DNA of 55,677 nucleotides, counting the filler, from Basidiobolus ranarum (taxonomy: Eukaryota): assembly GCA_040143965.1 (NCBI GenBank). It is 5 parts of 5 records of this genome, joined end to end, with 100 filler letters (N's around TTAATTAATTAA, not from the genome) between each part and the next. Parts side by side here need not be neighbours in the genome. Positions count along the whole stretch, not along the records: positions 1 to 11,076 come from JASJQH010000640.1; 4 more parts are not named here. The stretch is one strand, 5' to 3'. The notes under the pieces were generated by a model. That model had not been told where the DNA came from. It saw nothing but the letters and a program-made list of their open reading frames with translations, and made no database searches. A program made the translations under genes and the position numbers. Shown here one piece after another: positions 1 through 11,176 of the stretch (the stretch's first letter is position 1; every line of letters starts with the position of its first letter).

Positions 1-939
1 AATTGGGATTTCTGCATAATCCACAAATCTCTTTTTTTCATTTGTCAAATGTTGGGAGGTTCCAGAATCAATATACCATGTTTGAGAATCCTTTTTGGTA
101 GTCATAGTTAGAGCAGATATGAACAAGTGATCTTCTGTTGTAATTACATTTCCAGTTGCAGTATGCTTTTCTTCTTTTCCAATTCCTTTTAATCAATCTG
201 TGCTCAAATGGCCAGTTCTTTTACAGTAAACACAGAATGTGTTACTTCTCATCTTAAAGTGCTTTTGACCTTCATAGGAAGGGTTCCCATCACCTATGAA
301 AGCATTTTCTTCATTCTTTTGGTTGGATTCTGATTTGCATAAATCTTCATCCAGAAGTCTGTCAAATACGTAATGTAAATCAAATTTTCAGTTCTTGATT
401 CTAGAGCCATCACTAGGCTCTGACACTTGTGTGACAGGCTATTCAGGACTGTAACTATGATATCTCAATCAGTGGTAGGTACTCCAATGCATTCCATTTC
501 ATCCACTAAAATAGTGCCTGTTTTAATTGGTGATTGAATGTCTTCTCCTGGCTTCATCTTTATGTTAACAAATTGTCTTCTTAGACACATCTTGCTAGCA
601 GCAGAACACATTTGGTAGGTGTCTTGCAAGGCTTTCCATACCCTCTTGGCAGTTTCAGCTCTTGAACATTGAATTATCAATTTTTCTTTATCAATAAGAC
701 AAATTGTGTTAAAGGCACTTTGTTCTTTTTTAACCTGGAATAAAACTTTGGCTTCAGATAGTTTTGCATTGTTTTCTTCTCCTACAATAGTGTCCCAAAA
801 TTCTTTTTCTTGCAGCAGCATTTTTATTTTAATTTTCCAAACTTGATAATTGATTCCATCCAGTTTTTCAGAAAATGGAAAAGTTCTATAAATTTGAGAA
901 GTAAACATTAGAGAGAGTGCAAGCTTGGGACTCATAAGC
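1..939 (-). mobile_element. Decayed Ty1/Copia retrotransposon 5' internal region (gag/UBN2, zinc knuckle, protease)
   Basis: ORF 465-935 is Copia gag-like (KLDGINYQVWKIKIKMLLQEKEFWD...). Further along the minus strand are a knuckle remnant CVYCKRTGH and the protease motif WYIDSGTSQHLT (~45-80). There are stops and frameshifts, and almost no CpG. Confidence 0.9.
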
Positions 940-1287
940 TGTTAAAGTATTTGGGAGCCTGTTGGAATTGGTTTGTAGAATTAGAGAAATTGGTGGTTTT
1001 CACTTGTTGACTTATTGAGTAGAAAGTTGACATTCACAGTTTTGTCAAGATGTAAGGGAACCAACATGTAGAATATGCTAAGAAAGGTCTCAGAATCATG
1101 TGTGCAGAGTTTGGGGCTTCCAGTGCAAGTTTGAAAAATCTATATATCTGAGAACTTCTAAGTTGGTAAAAGTATTCTAAGTAAATTCCAATTGAGAATA
1201 ATGGATAATATCATAGTGAAATATAAGATAACCAAGTACTAAGCTCTATATGGCTATATAGGTGTTTAGGCTATGCTAATTTCAACA
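940..1287 (-). repeat. 5' LTR of the Copia element (LTR family B)
   Basis: On the minus strand it reads TGTTGAAATTAG...TTTAACA and is followed directly by a PBS-like GCTTATGAGTCC and gag. It is homologous to the solo LTR at 28963-29206. Confidence 0.85.
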
Positions 1288-1489
1288 TCATCAATGTTAG
1301 CTTTTTTAAATAAGTCTCTTTGTAACTCCTCAATAACTACAAGTTAGACAGATAGAAAGATTTGACAGAATCAGACAAACAGCTTGCCAAGAATCTATTG
1401 GGAACATATGGGCTGCTTGGAGGAACTTTAGAAAAATGGAGCTGTGATCAACTTGTGAGTAAATAATTTATTGTCCAGAAATAAAGTAT

Positions 1490-1772
1490 GTATACATTTT
1501 GGTGGAAAAACAGAAAGCTAACACTGGATTTGTGCTCAGAACATCTGTGGGAGTAAAATGAGCTATCTTTGGGGCAATTTGGACAAGTTTAAAATTTCCA
1601 GTATAGAATTACTAATTCTCAGATAATTCACATATATATAAAATATATGTTCTGATTTTCAGCTAAGTGATATTTGACTAAATAATATTAACTAACTTAA
1701 GTGTAATATATGAAATAGTTAGGTGTATAAAGATAAAGATAACAAATATGATGAAGACAATAAACTTCAACA
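1490..1772 (-). repeat. Probable LTR-like remnant that truncates the Fanzor gene
   Basis: AT-rich, CpG-free tract ending in TTCAACA (an LTR terminus) exactly where Fanzor-like coding sequence starts. The left boundary is a guess. Confidence 0.45.
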
Positions 1773-2361
1773 GAATCTTTGAGAGAAGTTTGGGAATGAT
1801 ACTATATTAATACTAGGTGACTTGTCGGCTGGAAATGAAAAGTATCATAAGCCCGATAGAGGCGTCAGAATGAGAAAAATGATAGCCAAAGAAGGCTTCC
1901 AGTAGTACCTCCTTGACGAGTTTGAAACTTCAAGTCTGTGCCCTACTTGCCAGAACGTTGAACTGGAAAAATTTCAAAATGTCCAAAATCCTAGACCATA
2001 CAAAAGAGAAAAGTATCCTATTGTATATTGTCACGGCCTTTTAAGGTAAATGCTTTTTATATGCAAGTAAAAATTCCAACCTAATTTCTGTTCAGGTGCA
2101 ACAACCAACAGTGTTTAAAGGCCATGGCCAATACCACTGAGGCAACTACTAAAGATTCTCCCCTTCGTCTTTGGAATCGTGACCTGGCTGCTACTTTGGC
2201 ATATCCTTTTTAACTTGCGCTCAAATGGGGAAAGACCAGAACGTTTTTGCAGATTGAAGAAACCTCTCTCCACCGGGTATAAAAGAAAGGGCATCTCGTC
2301 AGTTAGCAGCAGTCGACCAAATCAAAAAGCAAACAATCCTGTGTGGTTATCGCTACACTAA
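1773..2361 (+). pseudogene. Fanzor (eukaryotic TnpB-like RuvC endonuclease), C-terminal remnant with a spliceosomal intron
   Basis: Manual translation gives NL*EKFGNDTILILGDLSAGNEKYHKPDRGVRMRKMIAKEGFQ*YLLDEFETSSLCPTCQNVELEKFQNVQNPRPYKREKYPIVYCHGLLR, then an intron at 2046-2095 (GTAAAT..CTAAT..TTCAG), then CNNQQCLKA...LRLWNRDLAATL, a frameshift, and HILFNLRSNGERPERFCR...stop. The DExxTSxxCxxC...C-x4-C...WNRDxxA pattern is the TnpB/Fanzor RuvC-II, zinc finger and RuvC-III signature. Confidence 0.88.
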
Positions 2362-2536
2362 ACATTTGATACAAAGTCTTTGAACACTTTTTCTTTTGCC
2401 ATGTGTCTGAGCTTATCTCCAATTTTTTGCGATTGTCCCATTGAATTTATGAAATGTCTAATTGATTTTTTAACTCATCTCATTTTAGATTAAAACATTG
2501 TAAGCGAAATCGGGAAAATACTTTACGATGGAGGTG
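2341..2536 (+). ncRNA. Candidate Fanzor omega-RNA scaffold / transposon right end
   Basis: It lies immediately 3' of the Fanzor ORF, where omega-RNAs are encoded. There is a hairpin GTGTGG-TTATCG-CTACAC at 2341-2358 and a possible terminus ...CTTTACGATGGAGGTG before TTAA. Boundaries are inferred. Confidence 0.3.
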
Positions 2537-3344
2537 TTAAAGCAATGTATTTATCTGTCTAAATATTTAAGCAGCTTATTGATATCAGAAATATGGAAAT
2601 CAGGGCATGTAGTTTGAATATTTCTTGCGAATGTGGAGAATAGACAACTCTTCTACTCTCTCTAAAACAGCCCCAAACTTTCACCGCCTCTTTCCGATGG
2701 CCCTTTCCTACGATACGGTAATTTAAAAGATGACCGTGTTACATTATACAAGGCTTATTTTCCAATTAAATTGAGGATTTCTCTGAATATCCTATTGATC
2801 TTATACATGTATTAATTAGGATAGGTGTATATTTCAGATGGTAATTCAACTGAGTTTTAAGATAAAGACTGCACTACTTCTAGTCTTCCTCGCCCCTCTA
2901 CCCCAAGGTATTATTACATGGCCTCTAGATCAGTTCTTAGCAGTATATTGACCATTGAACTGAGGCTAACATCACATGAGTAAAATAAGAATCATTCTTT
3001 ATCCGACTTGGGTAACGGCGAGTTTACCACATTTACAGTAAAGATTTTCAATGATTGGAATCAATTTCATTGGTATGGCACTGCTCATTTTTGTGCTTGA
3101 TGCTTAATGGTTCTTTGATGCACTGGTTAGCTCATTTTCGGTATACCCATAAAAAAAATGAATCAGGTATCAAAAATGGTCACTTTATTAATATGTTAGT
3201 GTTCAAATGAATAGATAAGTATTTCGTATAGAGTCTTGATAAATAATGGTTAAATGAAAAAAGGTTCACCAAAATGAGTAGGGAAGTATTAGAGTCATCG
3301 ATAAGAAGCCATACTTCAGATATTAAAGTGTGAAGTGAGTGGAT

Positions 3345-5906
3345 TTAGGTTTGAGAACCGAAACACCTTTCTACTGATCTAGAGTCATTTCCCCACCAAT
3401 TTGGCATGGTTACGGTGCTGAAGGCACCAAAGAAAAGGAAAATGCATAATAATGCTAGATTATACCCTGTATCAGCGGCTGCTCCTACGAGGTAATTATA
3501 CTTGCGCCAGGTTTCATGGCGATACCGGAAGAAGTAGAACATACAAACGAAGCCACCGATAAATTGTGAGAATGGCCCCGTAGATACGTTTCCGTAGAAT
3601 ACCTCCATGTTTGAAGAAAAGATGGTCACATTCCATAAGTCAAATCTCCATTTGGGGAATTTCTTGTGTAAGAAGAAGATGATAAGAGGCGCAATTACTC
3701 CGAGTAAGAATCCCCACAAAAGAGGGGAGTAGACTGATAGTTGGAAAAGACGAGCAGGTCCTACCAAGCCATATTGAACTGCAGAGTTGTTATAACTAGT
3801 AGGGTTTTGGCCCGTCCATTGGTTAAGAGGATCTTTTTCAGAGCCATCCAGGTAAGAACGCTTAGTATCGACTACCCAACGAATAACCAAATAGTTGATT
3901 GGAATTCCTATAATGTTTCCCCATAGTTGGGAAAAGAAAGTTGCCCGTGGAGGAATGTGCATGTAATGTCCGATCTTTTGATCTTGCAAGATTGTTTGTG
4001 CTCTGTACCAGCATTGACCCGCAACGATACGATAGACTAGTGACCCAATTGGATGGGTTCCTGGTGCAAGGTAACCATAAATTAACTCATTAAAGGTACC
4101 AACTGCAACTTGGTAATTACTGATCGCATAAATGTATCCCATAGGAATCACCGCAGCCCCACCAAGTACAATGGCAACAAGATAAGTCCACCTGTTGAAA
4201 TTCATTCATTAGCGCTCAGCTAGGGAAAAAATTAACATGATCTAACTTACCATGGGAGATACAAATCTTGAGTAAGTATAAGTATGGTCATAGTAGCGAA
4301 ACAGCACAAGAACAGAACCCCATACCACCTATATAATATGGTATGCGTTAGTTAAAATCTACACCTCACAGATTGGGGTAACATCCAAATTACCAAGTAG
4401 GAACTTCGGGATAAGCTGCCATCAATTTGTTGAGCTTATCTGGCTCTGCACGCTTTTCGCGCTTGTAAACGCGCTTGAAGGTTTTCAACAATTTTGGTCC
4501 AGCGAATAAACCAATATACATAAAGGCGGAGATGAATGTGCAATAACCAAAGAAAATAGTCCTAAAGAGCCGGTAATATTTAGTAAACGGAGGGTGGGAA
4601 TTTCACTTGAATACTGTAGCATACCAGAGATTATATGATCCCATATACACTGGCCCATATTCAGCATACGCAGTTTCATTGAATTTTAAGTCTGAAGTGA
4701 TCAACTTCTGGAAGGGGTACTTGCTACCTTCACCAGTAAACAATTTGTTGGACATGATGGGGAAATCGCGTCCTCCCCATAGGTTTCCAAAGTAAGACAT
4801 AGGCACCAAAATCCATACATTGAGCACGAAAGCAGCAAAGATGGTGACTTGCGTCCACCATGGGTAAAGCATGATTGAGCTGGTGATATTAGACCAATCA
4901 AGAGTGAAATTCAAAACACCCATTCCACCAAGTCCTGACCCCACAAACGCGACAGTATCGTTGTAAGGTGCGATCCAGCATAGGACAGCCAAACTAGAAG
5001 TAAATGGGAAAATATACTCTGGGAAGAATTCCCAAACAAATACTCCAGCCAGGACGAACCAAAAGATTTTCATTTGCTTTCTTGATGAAGCGTCAAACAC
5101 ACCATCACTACGCAGAGTCCTGTACAAAGTAGTTTGCATTAAAGCAGAGGGCCAAATAAGATCGGGGTCATAAATAAGGAAGTTTCTTGCTAAGGCAGCA
5201 AAGGAATAACCAGTCCAAATAGTAGATATCATGAGTGCTAAACAGAACAAGAATGTGAGTGTTTTGCAGAATTAAGAAAGAAGAAGGTTTCTTATTAGAG
5301 TACCAATGGCTCCCAAAGGGTGCATCTGTTCATGATAAAATAAATCCTTGACAGAAACAATAATCTCTCGCAAATTTGAGGTAGCGCCGGAACTAGCACT
5401 GAGGGTGATAAGTACATGCTCTTTGATCGAAAAAGGACCAGGGTTAAGATTGAATTTGAAGCCAAAGATATTGATTTCTTTGGCAGGAAGCACATCATGT
5501 AACCAACGTCCTGCCCAGTGAGTACAAATCTGGACAAAAAATAAGGAGTACGGCGCAGTGGTAGTTCGGAACCAACTCAGTTGTGACACAAAAGCACCAA
5601 GTCCTACGAAAATGAATGAAAGAAGAAAGTATCTATAGATTGAGGAATTAGTATGCTTCGACTATACAAGCAATCACTATCGAGGTACCTAAATGTCAGA
5701 GTGGGCAAAGTTGGATCGTCCTCCATCGAAACAATCTCTTTGACAATATCCGGAATCCCATCCAACTCGGGGTCTTTTTCATCAGCAGATGAAATCTTTT
5801 CTTCTGTCTTCAAAATCTCCTCGTAATCGATCTTACTTGGACTTTTTTCCGTAGATATAACATCCTTCTCTTTGGTATCCGAAGCCACTGGTTCTTGAGT
5901 CGCCAT
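3345..5906 (-). CDS. OPT-family oligopeptide transporter (multi-exon)
   Basis: Exons carry OPT motifs: EDDPTLPTLTFR, LNPGPFSIKEHVLIT, LIWPSALMQTTLYRTL, GLGGMGVLNFTLDWS, DQKIGHYMHIPPR, WRKYNYLVGAAAD, MPNWWGN. They are separated by short GT-AG introns. Confidence 0.95.
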
Positions 5907-8474
5907 GATTGAATTTCTCTCGAATGAATTCAGCTATGAGATGAAGTAGAATGCTGGATGATGGGATTTATATGTAAATACTTCAAAGACTGCTGATCAA
6001 GAACGGCCATTCACATTCATCTTTATCTCATCCGCAAATTAGTATCAGTATGGCGTGATGCTTTAGAATCACTAAATACCAGTGAAAGCCAAATCCTAAT
6101 ACGAATGGCATTTTAGAGTAACATAGTCTGGACCAACTATGGAGTCTCCCTAATCTAGATAATTCACCGACTCAACTTACCAACCTGTTTGTGAACGGTA
6201 TCCGTGATGATTATTCCTGGTACACAAGTGAAAATAACCAAAAGTATATCATTTTTACCACACTGGTTTGCTTAATTCGGAACCGTGCGACGCTCACCCT
6301 AAGAGCGTTTTTGCCTATTACGGCCTTGAACAGTGAGCCATATTGCTATATATATATGTATATTTATTGATGGCTGACATTCCCAAGAGTCGGCTATGTG
6401 TCTGCCCCTAATACCTTGATGCTCATAATACAACCAGCGATGCTGATCTACCTCCCAAAATCAACCTTTGTCAGTCGTGACGCCAATCTACTTGCTGTGA
6501 ATTCAGTGTTGGATGATGAGGAACTGGATCCCTTTGAAAAGTTGGTTGACACTTATTTCCAATCTATGAATGATAATAATATGACTCTGGTTATGGGAGC
6601 CACACGCTATCACGAACTGTTGTTACACGGAGAGTAATCGTTCAAGCTTAATAATCCTATTTCCAGAGGCGATACTTGTGCCTCGTTTGTAGATGTTGTC
6701 AGAGTTGGTGAATATCACTAAACTCTACATGGCGTCTTATTCGATCCTGGATTACGAATACAGAGGCACTATGGCATTATTGTGCGGTGGGACAGAAAGA
6801 ATTCTGGCTAAAGAAGTAATTGATACTAGAGTGCCTTATTGAAGAGCCATTGGAAGAAAACCAGAGACTTCTGGCTTCAATTGGCTAATGTAACGCTCAA
6901 GAATAGATAAAATTTCCAAAATTGATGGGCATTGATGGGCAATTGATCATCACAGCAACAACGATCATATTTTGAATCCAGACTAGCTACAATAGAAGTG
7001 GCATGATGTTTGGGTTTTGTTACCAGAACAGGGTTTGCATCTAAAATGGATTATTATTGTTATAATGTTCTAATTATCAACCTGATTGAATCAGTTCAGG
7101 AATGTCAAAATGGACTTTTTAGGCCCACACTTGCTTTCCTTGGTATGGGAATTTTCATATATCCTGATCCCAGGATTTTTATCCGGGTTTACAGATTCTA
7201 GTGATCTTTTACCACTGATATGGTCTTCCAATCAAACAGGTATTTGTAATGATACTTCCTACAAGCGCTACCAATCATCTGCCAAATTCACCACATACTC
7301 AGCTACTTGACTAAGCCTCGCGTGCATCCCCTCGTTAAATTGGTATTGGCTCTACGAATTCTCTTTGAAAATATTATCGGTAATTTGAATATACATATTG
7401 GAGAGCGCGCTATGAAGAGAGAAGAGAAAACTAAACTAAAAGATGTGTAACGATACTAACTCTGTCACCGGGGAGAATAACATACCAGTAATATGCTGCG
7501 ATGTTGTATTCCTGTATATCTCAGTCGGAAATCAATGATGCCCCTCGTGATTTGGTTCATATTTGATCCGAAGATAAGATAGTTATTCATTATTTGCCCT
7601 CGACCTCTATTCACAAACAAACCCTATTCTCAATCAAGGTGCAAGCACAACATGACACTATCAATTGTTGGCTGCATTGTAGGATTTCAGTGGTGTTCTG
7701 GATAACTAAAGATTCGAACTTAGTTGGTGCCACTTTACTGCAGACTTGAGTTATGCTAGATTATATGAGAGATAGACCTGTAATAATCACTACGATGAGG
7801 TATTAACTTGAAACTAGATTCTAGGGAGCACAAAAAAATAATATGCATATCCATTATCTCTTCTCAGAGTTCCAACTTGGTGTGTATTTCGGTTGCCAAC
7901 TCAGAAACTTAGACTGTAAATGAAAACTAAATACACTGCAAAACGCCTGACTGAAGCAGATACAAAGCAAAATAACAATATTTCAGATGTAGAAGTTTCG
8001 ATTTGGCCTCAGTACATAGCTACTTTATATTGTACATAAGCAGCACAAAAGATACCATGATTTTGAAATAGCCTTAACTGAGTCAAAATAGAGCCCCTTC
8101 CTCTCCCAATATTGTGCAATGATCAAGGTGAGTACTTTCGGTTCTTTTTTAAAAAATTCAAATTGCACAATAAATATTTTGCCGCTTTCCCAGTTTTCGG
8201 CTCAAATTGGCCGAGGGTTGATATTTCCGGCAAAAGTGGACTTGCAAAATGAATGGATCTTAATTTCCAAGAATTACAGTTCTTGTGTTAGAGTCACGTG
8301 ATATTTCATGCTTGGAATAGGTTGTGGGATACTAGAAAAATGAGTTAAATGGATAGAATTAAATCTCCATTTTTGCCGAGACAGTGATGTGTGGAAAAAT
8401 TCGAAATTATTCTTATTCAAGCAATTAGTAGAATTGTGACTTTATCGAAACCACTTTCAAGTAGACTACTCAAA

Positions 8475-9470
8475 ATGCTGTCATTTTTTCGTCGTTCTAT
8501 GGACGTCTTGCGTGAGGAGACCAGAAAAGGTACCCCTCTACTCTATAACCCATAAGTGGACTAAGACCAGAATTTTCTAACTTTAAGTGACTTACTCATA
8601 ATCCAGCTGCAACATTTGAAAATATGAGATGGAGAAAAGAACTTCCACTTCTAGAAATCAGTAAGAAAGAAGATCTCGAGAATTGGATTGTCGGTTCAGA
8701 TAAAGATATTGGTGGTAAAACGAGACTATCTTTTCAAGAAATCCTTGTTGAATATACTTTCTTAAATCATGCTTCAATCGTAGGATTTTCCACTGCTAAA
8801 TTGGAACTCTCTCCTGAAGGAAAAGGTTCGATATTTTACTCAGCTCTAAAATATTCTCACCTTTTCTGATAGCATAATTATTCCTTAATAGGTCACTTTC
8901 ACGGATATTTGTCTTTAGATCTTCCTGAACAACTAGATATAAAGAAGAGTGGCTATGCCGGATTTCGCTCCAAGGTAAGCTTCTACCATTGATACCTCAA
9001 TTATTAGCACCGCCAACTTAAACTGTTTCCAGAATCCCCCTTCTACTTTGTGGGGCAATCAGTACTGGGATACCACACCATTTCGCTATCTAGCTGTTCG
9101 TGTGAAAGGGGATCATAGAAAATATTTTGTCAATTTACAAACGGATGGCTATGTTAAAACAGACTTATTTCAACATCGATTATTCCTCAAAAAGCCTGGA
9201 GATTGGGAAACAATCATGGTAGCTTCTATTGATGAATATATCCAACAGCCATTGTGAACTAAATACCCATTACTTTGTTAGATTCCCTTCCGTGACTTCA
9301 TTCTTACTAACAATGGAGTCATCCAAAATCGACAAGTAGACATGTATCGTGAAAAAGTGAAGAATTTCGGATTCTCAATCATTGATCGACAAGAAGGGCC
9401 TTTTTCTTTGGAAATCGACTGGATCAAAGCTATGAATACAGAGGATACTGATGGTGACGTAGATATTTAA
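8475..9470 (+). CDS. CIA30: Complex I intermediate-associated protein 30 (NDUFAF1/CIA30), multi-exon
   Basis: Exons read WIVGSDKDIGGFS, SGYAGFRSK, WDTTPFRYLAVRVKGDHRKYFVNLQTDG, IPFRDFILTNNG and EGPFSLEIDWIKAMN. ATG at 8475, TAA ending at 9470. Confidence 0.93.
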
Positions 9471-10412
9471 TCGTCGAAAGTTGCCACCTTTTTTATCTTA
9501 TTTCATTGTACCAATTTGCGTATACAATCTGCATTCATCAACCACTTGATATTTCACTTCACCCCGCTTCCCTGGTCCTCAGTATATTTATGCTTGATAC
9601 TAAGGCTAAGAAAAGCGGATAATTCAATAAATTGAAAATTTTTGGTACAGACATCATCCAAGTAGAAAGTTGCCTCGATATTGGACTAGTGATCGAACAG
9701 TATCTCATCAAGCTTATTCTTGCCATCTATTACGGGTAGCAATGGTCATAATATAATCAGGATTTATGATATGATTGATTTTCATGTGATCTTGAGTTCT
9801 ATTTTCCAATTTCATTTCCTAGAAAATCATGGTGGATCCCATACTTACGATGAAGTATAGAATGGGTATATGAGGGAACTTGGAATTTATGATGATTTCC
9901 CCATCCGTCTTTATCGTGGTTGGAGTAAGCATTTCCGTGAAGTACCTACTGAGATATGCTCTGCTGACACCCAATCTAGTCAACCTTTATGGAGGTTACT
10001 CTCTGTGTAGAGTGGCCTCAATTTTTGGAAGCCACGAAAGTGGCTATAAATCTTAAATCAAATCAATACCTTATTCTATCATAACAACCTTAGGGCGTAG
10101 GCGTTTGCATTTCTTAAGTGTACACATGGTAAGGCAGGCTTGTCCATTTGGGGGTTAGCGGTTAGTAGATCATATAACGTTCTTTTATTGAAATAAATAG
10201 CGAAATCTATATGTATACATACAAAATGAATGGTAACTGATTCGTGTATTCTTGAGACTTGGATGAAAATCAAAAACTTATATATGGCTTTAAACAAAAA
10301 GAAAAGTAACGATAAAAGGTACAATTGAAGAGGAAGATAAGAATTTAATCCTAAATGAAAAGGATAATATGTTTTTTTGTGAAGGATGTAGATAATGGTA
10401 GTAATATTATTA

Positions 10413-11076
10413 TTAGCTTTGGAGATGTAAACTACTTAGCGCGGTTCCTTTGGCTACTTCGGACATAACTTTCGTAAGATTCTCTTTATGGCATGGCTTG
10501 GTTAAACACATGTCCATTCCTGCAGCTAAGCATTCTTCTTTGGTTTTTGATTGCGCATCGGCAGTGAGTGCGACAACCGGAATCCTACGTGGTAGAAGAT
10601 TTTCTTGTTCAAAATTACGAATTCGGCGAGTGGCTTCATATCCATCACATAAGGGCATCATCTTATCCATAAAAATGCACGCGAATCCATTCGGTTTATC
10701 CTTATAAGCATCTACTACTTCTAAACCATTGTTGGTTACTGTCACGTCATAACCCATTTTCTCGAGCATACGTGTGATCAAGCGTTGCGCTACAAGGTTA
10801 TCTTCTGCTACCAACACATGCATCCCCTTACTGCCTTTTTCATTAGCAGCTCCGTTCTTGGATTTACTACCTTTATCGGAGAGGGAGAGTTTGGCTTTTT
10901 TCCGTGGTGTATGGTTTGAACTGACCGAAGTAGCGGTAGTGGTGGTGGCAATGGCGACAGTCGGCAGCGAAAGGGGAATACTGAGTTGTGTAGATACAGT
11001 GGATGGTTCTTCGACAAAGCCATTATCAAACATCTCCACGACACTCTGAAGTAGCAGTATTCTTCTGACTGGTTTT
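10413..11076 (-). CDS. C-terminus of a hybrid histidine kinase / response regulator (receiver domain), cut by the contig end
   Basis: Receiver-domain motifs VLVAEDNLVAQRL, IFMDKMMPLCDGYEAT, IPVVALTA and CLAAGMDMCLTKP. Confidence 0.9.
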
Positions 11077-11176
11077 NNNNNNNNNNNNNNNNNNNNNNNN
11101 NNNNNNNNNNNNNNNNNNNNTTAATTAATTAANNNNNNNNNNNNNNNNNNNNNNNNNNNNNNNNNNNNNNNNNNNN
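11077..11176. other. Artificial contig linker
   Basis: 44 N + TTAATTAATTAA (stops in all six frames) + 44 N. Confidence 0.98.
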
